This document shows positions 11,901-25,575 of a DNA stretch of 64,000 nucleotides, piece after piece; the first letter of the stretch is position 1, and each line of letters begins with the position of its first letter. The DNA comes from Mobula birostris. Lineage: Eukaryota. The notes beneath the pieces are model-generated. The model did no database searches. It saw nothing but the letters and a program-made list of their open reading frames with translations, and was not told the origin of the DNA. The stretch spans positions 25,683,649 to 25,747,648 of the forward strand of contig NC_092398.1 in the NCBI RefSeq assembly GCF_030028105.1, read 5' to 3'. Made by a program: the position numbers and the translations under genes.

Positions 11901-12299
11901 TCAAAGGTGGCTGCGGTTGTCTGTAGAATCAGCCCGCACCATCACGGGCAGAAATGCGGCCGCCATCAAGGAAATCTTCAAGAGGACTGCATGCATCATT
12001 AAAAACTCTAACCACCTGGGGAGAAGCCGTCTTCTCGTTACAACCACGGGAGAGGAGGTACAGGAGCCCGAAGATCCACACTCAGTGATTCAGGAAACAT
12101 TTCTTCCTGTCCGTCATCTGAACAACCCATGAACATGACCGCACGATTGCTTTTTATTCTACAAACTCATTATGTATTTTGCAATTTGTAGTGATTTTTA
12201 GTATTTTGCAGAGTAATTCTACAACAAATCAACAAATTTCACGCCAACTATACTGTGGTGATAGTAAGCCAGATAAAACCATACGCTCGACTTTTATTC

Positions 12300-13980
12300 T
12301 GTCAACACCCACCATTAAAATTCCCCATGTCAACAAATCGCGTTACAATTTCACGCGGGGCAACCCCTGCCGTCCGTTCCAGGGGGACCATAAGGCAAGG
12401 TCTTGGGTCCACGAGCATCTGAAGCCACGACCCACCCGAATCCGCTTTTCAAAGTAATTTCTTCTTCCTCCAGTCTGTCCCTTCGCTCCCCCGTGGGAAG
12501 TCCACAGAGCACCCCTCCGCTCAATGTATCTCCCGCCACCGCGCCCTCCCCTCCCCCCGGCTCCTGGCTCAATGGACCCAAACGTGACGGCGGGAGAGGA
12601 GGCAGCGGCCAACGCCGACAACCGGCTGCGTTTCCATCCATTGGTTGATGCACCTCGACCGGATGCCTCGGGACGGAGGAGGACATAAAAGAGCTGAGGC
12701 GCAGGGTGAGACAAAGGAAGATCCGCCCGCCGGGAAAACAGACGGCAGACACAAACACGGCGCGAACAGCGGCGTAGACCTTCGTGGTATACGCATGCGC
12801 GCAGCCAAGGAGGCTCCTGGGGAATGTAGTCAAAAGTGGCTCCATCCTCAAAAAATTTTGAATCAACTTTTTGTGATTCAACTTTTTGTCCGTCCTGTTC
12901 TGCTATGAATGACAGCATGCTCGGAAAACAAGAAAGCGTGTTTTCCAGAGACACTGGCATTTAGGGCAGCAATGAAGGTCTTACGTCTCTGGCAGAGTTC
13001 ATCATCGTGTCAGTAGCTTCGTCTCTGTCTTCGCTGCTGTTAGACATCCTTGGTGAAGACTCAGGAATATCATCGCACTCAGATGTAGAAGGATCCTTCA
13101 TTGCTGTTTCCATAACAGTTTTGTTTTACTAGACAGGGTTAGCCCTGAGCTGAACCTCCGAGCCTGGAGGACCAGTGCATATCTCTTAACCTGGAGCCTA
13201 TCCTGAGATTTCTTCGGCATAGGTGACCCTAGCAAGAGCCAAAGCATGAAGGCCTAACTCTAGCCAACATTGTTCTTCGGGCCATTGAGGCACACAAGCC
13301 TCCAAACCCCACGACGAGGTTGTCGTCCTTTTGATGGGATGAGGAGATTAAAAGAAAAGGCGGCGGGCGGTAGGGTAAATCCTTCTCCACTGGCCTTGGG
13401 TGAAATCTTAAGGGTCATCCGTGGTGCTTAAAATTCTAGAGAGACGGGAACTGCCGCCAGTGAGGGATGAGCAACAGCGACTCGCAAAACACGAGAAACG
13501 CGAGGTAGGCAGCTCGAGAATCCGAATGCTCGAGACCCCCATTCCTCCCACACCCCTACACATTCCAGTCACCACAGGTACTACTCTCCTGCTCTCACGC
13601 ACACAGTGCGGAGGGTGAGAAGGGAGCCCTGTACCGCCCATGAATGATAGCGCGCCCGGGTAACGGGAGAGCGTGGCGTACAGGAACACTGGCCTGGGAG
13701 AAAGTTCCGAAAACAGATGGATGCAGGAAGGGAGAAGTCAGAGATCTGTACACATGACCCCACCCTCCGCAGCAACCTCAAGCAAATAACACAAAAACTA
13801 AAGGCGGCGGATATACAAAGCAGACGGGGAAGAGAGACCCACAGGACCGGTGGGAAGCCAACGTCCTTTTGCGATAAGGGAGAGACTTGTTACTTCCACC
13901 AGCAACGAGCTTCCTCACACAAACTGCAGCGCAGACTCTCTATGCACCTGTCTCGCAAAACCTGGCAGGGATGAAGGTAC
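12300..13980 (+). pseudogene. Decayed duplicate of the LAGE3 locus (promoter, exon 1 at 12584-12633, start of intron 1, part of intron 2, downstream region) lacking exons 2 and 3
   Basis: 12300-12831 resembles 40095-40650; 12955-13510 resembles 42320-42845; 13690-13975 resembles 44350-44645. Start codon mutated to GTG (12584) and donor to CCATCCATT. Confidence 0.8.
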
Positions 13981-15620
13981 AGCAGCGGTGGCTGAAATTT
14001 CTGGCAGCCATCAGAAGACAAGCGATCTATACAGCCCAATGCGGATGTATACTAAAGGCAAGATGACGCAACCATGGCTATAAAGGGAAATCAGCGCCAA
14101 CATAAAAAAACAAAGTGAGGGCATATCGTAGAGCAAATTGGTGGAATGCTAGAGGATTGCTAAGCTTTTACAAACCAACAGCAAGCAGCTCCAAAAGTCA
14201 TTAATGCACAGATTCAAGACAAAACTAAGCTAGTCAACAGTATTAAGGAGGATACCAAAAGTTTCTTGAGATACATAAAGTGTGAAACAGAGCCAAGAAT
14301 CGATATTGGGCCACTGGTAAATGATGTTGGAGAGGTAGTAGTGGAGGATAAAGAAATGATGGACGAACTGAATAACTGTTTTGCATCAGTCTTCCCTGTG
14401 GAAGACACTAGCAGTACAGTGGAAGTTCAGGATGTCAGAGGTCAGGAAGTGTGTAAGGTCTCCATTACCTGAGAAGATTCTTCGGAATCTGAAAGCCTGA
14501 AGCTGGATTAGTCATCTGGACCCGATGGTGTACACCCCAGCCTTCTGAAAGAGATGGCTGAAGAGCTTTTGAAGGCATTATCTGACGAAATAGCAAGAAG
14601 GATAGCCAAAAGAGAATCGGTTGATGTTGTGTACTTGGGTTTTCAGAAGGCTTTTGTGAAGGTACCACACCTGACGTTACTTAATAAACTACGACCCCAT
14701 GGATTTACCGGAAATATTCCAGCGTGGATAAAGTAGTGGCTGCTTAGCAGGAGGCAGAGAGCGGGAGCCTTTTCTGGCTGGTTGCCGGTGACAAGTTGTT
14801 TACCTCAGGGGTCTCTGATTGGTCCGATTCTTTTTACATGATATGACAATTTCAGTGACAGAATTCATGGCCATGTTGCTAATTCTGCAGACGGTACAGA
14901 TGGATTAGAAGTTAGCTTTGATGGAGTAGTGAGGCTACAAAAGATCAGACAGATAAGGAGAATGGGCAAAGAAGTACAGGATGCAATATAGTGTCGAAAA
15001 ATATCTGGTCATGCACTTTGGTAGAAGAACTGGAAGTGTTGACTATTTTCAGAATGGATAGAATTTTTTTATGAGGTGTAAAAGGATTAGGGATTCCTCG
15101 TACAGTACACTCTGAAGGTTAATTTGCAGGTTGATATTCTGGTGAGCAAAGCAGACGCGATGTTAACATTCATTTCAAGAGGATACAGAATCTAAAAACA
15201 AAGATGTGATGTTCAGAATTAATGAAGCAATACAAGGGTCTCATTTGCACTATAGTGAGCAGAATTGGGCCCGTTATCTCAGATCGAATGTGCTGTAACT
15301 GGTAAGTGTTCATAGGAGATGTACGGAAATCTTTCCAGGGTTGAAAGACTTGTCATGTGAAAAGTGTTTGATGGCTCTGGACCTGTAATCACCACAATGA
15401 GCGTAGGCTAATTGAATCCTATCGGACAGTGAAAGGCCTTTATAGGGTCGATATGGACAGAAGGTTTCCTTTGGTGGAATAGTCTAATACCACGAAACAC
15501 AGTCTAGGGGTAGAGGAGAGGCCTTATTAGAACGGAGATAAGGAAGAATGTCCTTAGCCAGAAAGCAATGAATCTGTGGAATTCGTTGACGCGGGCTGCT
15601 GTGGAGGCCAAGTCTCTTCA
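13980..15620 (+). mobile_element. Degraded CR1 ORF2 fragment
   Basis: EMMDELNNCFASVF, VDVVYLGFQKAFVKVPH, and CR1 3' region; many stops and frameshifts. Confidence 0.85.
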
Positions 15621-16649
15621 TGGCAACTTTATTTCATATGTGAGATACATAATCAAATAGCTGCTGAGTGTAAGTCAAAAATACTGATGGTCCACTCGAT
15701 TAGATTATGAGGACACTCAGTCCTCGTTTATTGTCATTTAGAAATGCATGCATAAAATGTGCTACAATGTTCCCCCAGAATGATATCACAAGAAACACAG
15801 GACAAACCAAGACTAAAACAGACAAAACCACATAATTATAACATATAGTTACAACAGTGCAAAGCAATACCGTAATTTGATAAAGAGCAGACCATGGGTA
15901 CGGTAAAAAAAATAGAAAGAAAATAACAATAAAGAAATAAAAATAAATATTGACAACTTGAGGAAAGAGTTCTTGAAAGTGAGTTGGTAAGTTGTGAAAT
16001 CTGTTCAGTGTTGGGATGAGAGAAGTTATCTGTTCTGGTTCAGCACCCTGGGATGGTCGACGGGTAATAGCTGTTCCTGAACCTGGCGGTGTGCTACCGA
16101 AGACTCTGATGCCTCCTGCCCGATGGCTGCAGAGAGAAGGGAGCAGGCCTGGATGGCAAGCATGCTTGCTGATGGATGCTGCTGTCTTGCGACGGCTCTC
16201 CTCGCAGATGTGCTCGGATGGTGGCGAGGTCTTTACCTGTAATGGAGTGCTAAAGCTCTCCCGAGACGCCGTGAATCCCGTACATACTGTACAGTGAATG
16301 CGATACAGCAGAAATTGCTGTAGTGCAGTATTTTGGAATTTCACCCTGTAATGAATTTTTGAAATAACTCGGTTTCCTCGGCTGCTTAAATCCAGGGAAT
16401 TCAATCTCCGGCTCCGCCAAACCCGCATATTGAGGCGCAATCCCACCCAAAATCCCTTGTTTCTGTGGATGTTGTATAATTCACTACCCTATTAAACATT
16501 GGTGTGACGACATAACAGACAGTACACCGCACACGATCAAAAGATTTAACTTTACACTTCCTAATTTGACGAAAGGGTTAATAAAGAAAATAACAAAATA
16601 AGGAAAGGGCCCATTTTAATGTAACAGTCTAATATGCACCAGTTGGAGC

Positions 16650-16826
16650 AGTTCGGAGGAGCGACATCTCGGCAAGAGCAATTTATTAAAAAGAGCCAGT
16701 AACAATAATTGAAGTACAAACTGAGCGGCCATTCTTTTGAGTGAGCCAGTCTTTAGAGTGGCTTTGGATAATTAGGTTTCGGCGATATCAGGCTTCGGAG
16801 AAGTATGTCTTATATGTTATTCTCTC

Positions 16827-16891
<65 letters not shown>

Positions 16892-19030
16892 GTGTGTGTT
16901 CTTATTTCTTCATTTCTTATAGTTTAGTGAGAACAGCTTCAAGAGCAGTGTTTTGTACTCTGTGTGGCATGTGGGATGTCTGTGAGACCTCCGGAGGCCC
17001 AGATAAACACATCCGAGCCAGGTGCACCGAGCTGCAGTCCTGACATTAACGTATTAAGGAACTGGAGCTGCTGCTCCACGACCTTCGACACATACGGTAA
17101 AATAGGGAGGTGTTTACAGCAGCTACCGGTAGGTAGTCAACTCTAGAATTCATGAGACAGGTAACTGGGTGACTGTCAGGACCAGGATGGAAAATACACG
17201 GCCAGTGCAGAGCACACCTGCAGCTATTCCCCTCAATAATTAGTAAACAACGTTAAGAACTGTTGAGGGGGACAAATTACCAGGCGAGGGAAAGCACAGT
17301 AACCGAGTCTCTGGCACTGTGTCTGGTGCTGTGCCTCAGCAGAGCAGAGAGGTAAAGACGTCTGCAGTGTTGACAGTCAAAGAAACGAGATGATGTTCTG
17401 TGGGCGCGGTAATGACACCAGAATGGTACGTGGCCTCCCTGATGCCAGGATCAGTGATGTCTCTGAACGGGTCCATGGCATTCCTCAAGGCGGGATGAAC
17501 AGCCAGAAGTCTTAGTATGCATTGGCACCAATGAACTAGAGACACAAAGTGAGGAAGACCTGAAGAGATTTTAGGGAGCTCGGTAGAAAGCTGAGAATCA
17601 AGACGACCGGGGTACTAATCGATGGACTGCTGCCTGTGCCATTTGACAGTGATCGTAAGGATAGGAAGAATTGCCAGGTAAATGAGTGGCTGATGAGCTG
17701 GTGTAGGGGGCACACACGGGTTCAGATTTAGAGATCACCGGGTTCTCCTCTGGGGAAGCTATGTCCTGCCCAAAAGGGACGGCTTACATCTGACCGCGAG
17801 GATGTCTAATATCCTTGTGGGCAGGTTCGCTGAAGTTCTTCGGGAATGTTTTTGGCAGGGTAGTGGGAACAAGATTGATAGTGCTGAATAGGAGGCAGCT
17901 GGTTTACAAACAGAGACAATGCGTAGTGAGACTCCTAGCAAGGAAAGGCTAATGACAGGAAAAATTGCAGTCAACAGGATGAGTCGCAAAGTAAAAGGCG
18001 GACAAAATCGAAAAGGCCGACCAGAGGACTGAGGGTGTTGCATTTTAATTCACACAGCATACGGCAGCAGAGAGATCAACTTGTATTGTAGCAAAGTTAC
18101 AGATTTTCATGGATGATGGAGAGGGCATTCCTGAATCGTGGCTGAATGAAGATTGTAGCTGGGAGCTTAATGTCAAGGGATGCACAATGTATCGAAAGGT
18201 CAGGCAGGAAAGTAGAGGGGAGGCGTGACTCTGTTGGTAAAATACAAATGAAATTAAATAATTGAGAATAGAACTAAAGAACTGCAACTGCAAGAAGCCC
18301 TGGATGAAGTTATTGTTACTGTGGAATTGAGTAGAAAGCTTTAGGTAAAAAAAAAACCCCAAAGGAGAAGTGATCATAACATAAACGAATTTACTTTGAG
18401 AAGGAGAAGCTAAAAGCAGGTATACTAGTTTTACAGCAGTTAAAGTGAATTAGAGTCATGAGAGAGGAGCAGGCCAGAATTGATTGGAAAAGAACACTGG
18501 AAGGGATGATGGCAGAGCAGCAATGGCTGGAATTTCTGGAAACAATTCAGAAGGCAACACATGTACAGATCTCAAACAGGAAGAAGTATTCTACAGGCAA
18601 ATTGAAACGATCATGACCAAGAAGAGGAGTTAAAACCAACATAAACCCAGATATGGGTTATATATTAGCTAGAATGGCTAGATATTTAGGGGATTAACAA
18701 GCTTTTAAATACCAACTGGAAAAACTAAAAAGATAATATAAAGCTCCAGATGGAATAGGAAGGTAAGCTCGCCAAAAATATTAAAGAGATACAAAATGTT
18801 TCTTTAGAGACGTAAATTGTGAAAGAGAAGCGAGAGAGGTGATACTGGACCGCTGTAATAAGGTGCTGGAGAGATACTACTGGGGGACACGGAAACGGCG
18901 GACCACCGGAACAACTATTTTACATCAGTGTTCATTGTGGGAGACACCAGCATGAAGTCTGTGAATTCACTATTCCTAGGGACAAAGTTTTGGGGAACCT
19001 CAAAGGTCTGAACGTAGATAGGTCACATGG
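16650..19030 (+). mobile_element. Old CR1 LINE 5' portion, unit B copy
   Basis: Paralog of 1905-4230 with the same ORF1 Zn-finger/esterase remnants. Confidence 0.8.
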
Positions 19031-21823
19031 ACTAGAGGGGGTTAATTTCAGAAATTAACCACGTGGCCTCTTTATCTGCTTTACTTCTCGAAAATAAAAG
19101 GAAATGTTTTGTTCTTGAGAGCTTGCTGAGTAAAGTATTATCTCCTGATGTCAACACCTCAGTTTCCTCATATTGAGCTTCTTGGAACTTCAAACCCAAA
19201 GAATCTCTACCGAGGTGGACTAACTCATCTCGTCGGTGCATTCCGAATTAAGACCCTACTTTTGCTAAATCAGCATCCAAGTTCCGCATAAGACACAACT
19301 CCTCAATATATCTCGAGCACCCGAAGAAACCCACCGTCCAACTTAACGTCTGAGTGCAAGTATACAAAACTGCTGAGGACCGGGACACAGCCGGAGACTC
19401 TAGGGACAGGTGAGATGCATTTCCACCGGGTTTATATTAATTTGGAAATGTGGCGACTGATCAGGGAACATCGGCGTGGCTGTGTTCCGCAAGAAACCTT
19501 GTCTTCCTGCTTTCGGGAGGTTTTTCAGGAGATAACTCAGTTAGCCAATGAAGGCAGGGCAGTGGGTTTGGCAACATGCAGTTCAGTGAGGAGAACTTTA
19601 GAGATTACAGGGACTGGGCTTGTTTTCCATGCGGTCGAAGAACGCTGACGGATGACCTGACAAAATAAATTAAGATAACAGATACAGAGACAGTGTAGAA
19701 AGAATCGCTTCCCGTGGTAGAAGCAAAATTGAGAGGAAGGCTTATATTTATCCTGAGGAAAGGAGATTTAAGTCGAATATAAGGGATTTTTTTTAAGTTT
19801 GTTTTAATTCTCAAATTGATTTCGAGATACAGCGCGGTAACAAGCCCTTCCGGCCCTACGAGACCGCCCCGCCCAATTTCACCCATGTGATCAATTAACC
19901 TATTAGAATTTCCAGCCTTCTGGGCTTGAAAGGCTTATCATGTGAGGAAGGTGTTTTGGTCCTGGGCTTCTACTCACTGGAATTCAGAAGAATGAAACGG
20001 GACTTCGTTGAAACCTGTGGAATGTTGAAAGGCCTCGACACAGTCGATGTGGAGTAGATGTTTCCTATGTTGTGGGAGGCTAAGAGCAGCCGACACAGTC
20101 TCAGAAGGGAAGGCCGTCCTTTTAGAAGGGAGATTCTGATTAATTTCTGAAGCCAGAGAGTGGTGAATCTGTGAAATTCATTGCCACAGGGAACTCCATC
20201 TTTCGGTATTTTTAAGACAGAGGTGATTGATTCTTGATTGGTCAGGACATGCTCGGAAACATGGGGGAAGGCAAGAGGTTGGTGCTGAAAAGTAATATTG
20301 CGGAACGGACTCGATGAGCCAAATACTGCTAGTGGTAGAAGTCGTTTATAAGCTGATGAGAGGCAGAGATGGAGTAGTCAGACAGTATCTTTATTTTTCA
20401 AGTGTTGAAATGGCCAGTACCAGACGGCGTGCCTTTAAGGTGAGAGGGGGTAAGATCAAACGAGATGTGAAGGGTAAGTTACGTTTTCACAGAGAGCGGT
20501 GGGGGCCTGGAATACGCTGAAAGAGTGGTGGTGGAGGCAGATACATTGAGACTGTTCAGAGTCGCTTGAATGGGAACATGAATGTTAGGGAAATGGACAT
20601 TTTGTCAGCAGTCGCGATTAGTTACGTTGGCCGTCTGAATACTAATTTAATTGGTTCGGTACAATATTGTGGACTATTCCTGTGCTGGGTGATTCTTTGT
20701 TCATGCAGGGCTCTGCAAAGCGTCCTGGGCACATTTCTGTAGTGAGGGTGACTTCGACTTTTGCACAGTATTGTATTTGTCAACGGAGACCGGAGAGCGT
20801 CGGGCGGAAGCAAAGGATGATGGGAATGGCGAAGGTGAAGCGGCTCGGGAGGGATGAGGGACAGGTACCAGAGAAGGAGTGCCAGGGACGGTGCTGGAGG
20901 CGGTTGCTGGCTCGGATGCAGACACGCGCGGACCTGGGACACCAGGGAAGGTCATTTGATTCTAAACTATTCGTTTAGTGATTATTACAGAATGACCCTC
21001 TGGTGCTTCCCGCTTCCTCCCATCTCCCTTCCACCTTTTCCCAAACGCGCTTCAATTCTCCCATTCTCCCATTCTCCCAGCCCCCTTACCACTCTCAGTC
21101 CACAGCAAAGACCCATGTCAGAATCTGCTCACTCACATACATCATGAAATTTGGTGACATTGCAATGCATCAAATTAATAAAGTAATTTTTAGTGATAGT
21201 AACCGGCCCAACGAGCCGCACTGCCCATCAACCTACCTGGTTAGCCACAGGGAAGTTCACAAAGGTCAATTAACCTAAGTACTAGAACGTTTTTGGAATG
21301 TGGGAGGAAAGCAGAGTACCCAGGGGAATCCCCCACGGTCACGGGAGTTAGTGTTAGTGGTGGTAGTCGCTTGATCGCTCGAGTCCAGTATGATGTTCTT
21401 CTAAGGGATTGTCATCCGTGGGTCCTCGACTGGCTGTAGAGGCCGATCCAGGATCCACATAACGGCAGTGTTCGGGGGCATTCCCTTAGTGGAGATCGGC
21501 TGTGCGGAACTTTGTCTAACTTGGGGAAGCTAATATACGGGCAGACATCACATGGTCGTTGACAGATCGGGGACATGCCGGGGTGACGGTGCGGTCAGGG
21601 TCCAGTGGCTTGGAATGCAAGACGACTGTGGTCTCTGCGCTGACGCAGACATCGGCCGCCTTGACGGCCGTTGTGGTGTGTCAGGCTTCTGTTCCATGTT
21701 ACACCCCACCTCTACTCGCCTTCCTCTCCTTCCCTCTTCCCTCTCGCCTCTCCTCCTGAATTCGCAGTCTCTCCATTCTACACCCCTCTCACTTCCACAA
21801 TATCTCCCCCACCAGATCCGACA

Positions 21824-22765
21824 ATGTCGTCCAGTTCGACGCTCGCTGGGAGTCTCTCCTCCCACAATTCCACGGCCGATGGAAACAGAATGGAGTGGGG
21901 AGCACCTTCCGTCATATCAATGGTCATCTTCGCCCTTACCTTCCTACTGGGCGTTCTGGGCAACGGCGCAGTCATCTGGGTGACCGGCTTCAAGATGAAG
22001 AGTAACATCCACACGGTGTGTTTCCTGAACCTGGCTCTGGCTGACCTGATTTATTGCCTGAACCTTCCCTTCCGCATGTCCAACACCTCCCTGAGCTACT
22101 CTGGGCACAAAGCCTACTTTACCTGGAAGTTTTCTGGAACCTTGATGTTCCTCAACGCCGCCGCCAGCATATATCTGTTATGTCTGATCAGCATCTGCCG
22201 CTGCCTGGCTATTACTCGGCCCATTTGGTTCCAGCAACATCTGAGCCTCATATGGGTTCGTGCGGCCTGCTTCGGAATGTGGATCCTAGCCTTCGTCATG
22301 TGCCTGCCCGTCCTCCTGCTTCAGGATCTGGAGAAGGAATTGACCGTGTTAGAGCCAATTTGGTTTGTTTTCATCATCGGCCTTCCCTTTGTAATTATGA
22401 TCACCTGCTACTGCCTGGTTGGCTGGAGGCTGCAAGGGGACAGGTTCTTCGAATATCCGAAACCTGTCCGCCTCATCATCACCGTTGTCGTCGCCTTTAT
22501 GATCTGTTGGATCCCCAACACTGTCTGCGACCTCGTATCAACCTTCTCCACACCGATTCCCCGGGACTGGTCGTTATTCACTGTTGCCCTGGCCTCATTC
22601 AACAGCGCCCTCAACCCCCTTCTCTATGTCTTCGCTGGCCGCGAATTCCGCCAGGTCCTCAGGCGCTCCCTTCTCGCCTCGCTCCGTCTAGCTTTCGCCG
22701 AGCAGAGTCTAGAACTGGAGAGCCAGGCAGAAAACCGCAACCTCATCTCAAATACAAATGTCTGA
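21824..22765 (+). CDS. Chemoattractant-type class A GPCR copy 2, 313 aa
   Basis: Intact paralog of copy 1 with an in-frame 15-nt deletion (FSEGV) in the N-terminus; same acceptor context CCACCAG|ATCCGACAATG. Confidence 0.92.
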   Translation: MSSSSTLAGSLSSHNSTADGNRMEWGAPSVISMVIFALTFLLGVLGNGAVIWVTGFKMKSNIHTVCFLNLALADLIYCLNLPFRMSNTSLSYSGHKAYFTWKFSGTLMFLNAAASIYLLCLISICRCLAITRPIWFQQHLSLIWVRAACFGMWILAFVMCLPVLLLQDLEKELTVLEPIWFVFIIGLPFVIMITCYCLVGWRLQGDRFFEYPKPVRLIITVVVAFMICWIPNTVCDLVSTFSTPIPRDWSLFTVALASFNSALNPLLYVFAGREFRQVLRRSLLASLRLAFAEQSLELESQAENRNLISNTNV

Positions 22766-25230
22766 GGGAGTTCCTCGTGGACAGACATCCAACCGATATC
22801 CCCTGACTACAAACACAGTGGACAGTCGGATGCAATTGTGGTCGGCAGTGGAGGCTTTGCTACACTCCTATTTTCATCTCTCAGAACGTAAAACATAGAC
22901 CATTCGGCCTACAATGTACCGTATCAATTCAATCAGTCGATAAATGGCAATTAACCTCATCTCCTCTGCCTACACAATGGCGATATCCTTTCTTTTTACT
23001 TATTCTACCTATCTAAACATCGCTTAAAGATCTCTAACCTATCTGCTCTCACCACCATTCCAGGCAGCGTATTCCAGGCACACACCACTGTTTGTGTAAT
23101 TAACTTGCCCCTCGCATTTCCTTTGGAATGACGCCCTCTCACTTTAAATGCACGTCCTCTGGTGTTACACATGTCAACCCTGAGAAGCATACTGAATATC
23201 CATGCCTTTCATGATCTTCTAAACCTCATCCCGCCACCCCAGTGAAAATAACCCAAGTGTGTTCAACCTCCCGTGTCGACGATGCTCTCTAATCCAGGCA
23301 GCATCCTGGTAAACCTCTGCACCCTCTGCAAAGCCTCGACATCTTTCCTGAAATGGGCGACCAGAACTGTATAAACCTCTTTCACCTAGTAGTCTCCATG
23401 TTCCTATGACCTCTCTGCTTACAAGTCATTTTCACCCTCAGAACAGGATGTATTTTTTCGCACCCTTCTCTGTAAACACTACAGACTGTCATACGTGTAA
23501 ATCCCATTTAATCAGCAGTTTCTGAAATACTCTAAACAATCTGTCTGGCGTGAACTATCATCCGCGGTCAAAGTCACTTAGATCACATTTCTTCCCCATT
23601 CTGATGTTTGGTCTGAACAACAACTGAATCTCTTGACCATGTCTATATGTTATTATACATTGCGTTTCTGCCATATGATTGGCTGATTAGTTGTTTGCTT
23701 TGACGAGCAGGTATACAGGAGTCCATTATAAAGTGGCCTAATGAATTGTAAAGGTTCTCAATATCAAAATAATACCATAAAGAGCAGTAAATAGTAAAAT
23801 CAAAATCAGATCCATATTTGGTGTTACCACCCTCTGCCTTTAAAGCTCCATCACTTCTCTTACTTCCACTGTCGTGTAGTTTTATAAGAGAATCAGCTGG
23901 TAGGTTGTCCCAAGCATCCTGGAGAACTTGCCACGGTCCTTCAGCACACCTTGGCTCTCTCGCTTGCTCCTGTTTTTCCAGGTGATCCCAGGCAGCCTCG
24001 ATGATGTTGCAGTCAGGTCCCTCTGGACACCATGCCACTTAAATGCACACATAAAAAATCTAGCGGGCCCAGGACATTGGCACAGTATTAGCTGGATCCT
24101 TCGATTGACATCTTCACGGTGCACAGCTCAACCAAACCTTTGTGTCGATAACCCATCTATTTGCATATCCATCCATGTTATTAATATCTATCACAAACAA
24201 CTGAAATTCCTGGCACTGCTCTGTGCGGAAAACCGCTGGACCTGTCTTACAGTCAGAATAACACCCACCGCCACCGCCACCCCCACCCCCCACCCCCACC
24301 TTCTATGGACATGCCAAAGTTGAATCCAGGGAAGAAAGACGCCGTGGATTCCGTCCATAATGCACATTCAGTACTATCACCTCAGTGTTTCGGCCCGGTT
24401 GTGTTTGAAAGATTGGCGCCCTCTAGAGGCGCAGTCCACTGTATACCACTTCCTGCAAGCAGGGTGATTTTTCCTTTCTCTCTGATATGAAGCACACAAG
24501 AGACAAGATCTCAGTTCATTCTTTATTTGACTTTGAACAGCAGTACCCGTGAGCCTTAAGCTTTTAGCAGTTTTAATAAAATTTTCGTGGACATATTTTG
24601 AAGAAAGTTCGTGTTTATGCTCCTTTAGACAGTATAGATATAGAGAACATGTAAAAATTACTTGATCCCTTCTGCAGTAAAACAAGAAGGGCTAGCATTG
24701 TAGGGGGCCGATTGGCTAAGATAACTATTTTGGAGATCAATCAATTTGCATGCCACATTCCCATCAAGTGAATGCAAATTAAGGAAATTACAGCAGTGTT
24801 CAGGGATGGCATTGGGAAACGTAAACATGTCAAGGGTAAAATCCTGTTAAGTAAAAATGCCGCACCCACGTTTTACAAATCCGGTCTAGTTCCTTATCTT
24901 ATACTATCCATGACAAAGTAGCCAGTGAGCTAGACCATATAGAGACTGAAGACATTCGACCAAGGTTGAGTGGAGCCTGTGAGCAACACCAGCGGTCCCA
25001 AGAGTCAAGGGATTTGAGCCTGCCAAGATCTGTGGTGATTTCACCACTTTCACGCTGAAAAAAAAATTCTCCGCATCTCTGTTTTAAAAGGATGCCTTTC
25101 TACCCTGAGATTGTGCCCTCTTGTCCTAGACTCCAGCACCATGCGAAACATCCTATCAACGCACACAAAATGCTGGAGGAACTCAGCAGGCCAGGCAGCA
25201 CTTATGGAAAAAAGAACAGTCGAACATTCG

Positions 25231-25575
25231 GGCCTCCCCTTTCCAATTATGATCACCTGCTACTCCCTGGCTGGCTGGAGGTTCGCCAAATTTAACAAAC
25301 CTGTCCGCCTCATCATGACCGTAGTCATCACCTTTATGATCTGTTGGAAACCCAACGCTGTCTGCGACCTCCTATCAATCTTCTCCATACCGATTCTCAC
25401 GGACTGGTCATTATTCAATGTGGCTCTGGCCTCCTTCTCTATGTCTTCGCTGGCCGCGAATTCCACTAGGTCTTCAGGCGCTCCCTCCTCACCTCGCTCC
25501 GTCTGGCCTTCGCCGAGCGAAGAATTGGCGAGCCAGACCCAGACCCGCAACCTCACCCCAAATACAAATGTCTGA
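25231..25575 (+). pseudogene. GPCR pseudogene: TM5-C-terminus only
   Basis: LPFPIMITCYSL..WR..PVRLIMTVVITFMICWKPNAVCDL; 15-nt deletion in ICL3 and 22-nt frameshifting deletion removing NSALNP; 5' two-thirds missing; 3' flank 25576-25920 matches the other GPCR flanks. Confidence 0.9.

Larger units (their letters stand above)
11809..25230 (+). repeat. Tandem segmental duplication unit B
   Basis: Collinear with unit A but retains 12640-15574 and lacks the 8245-9547 CR1. Confidence 0.93.
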
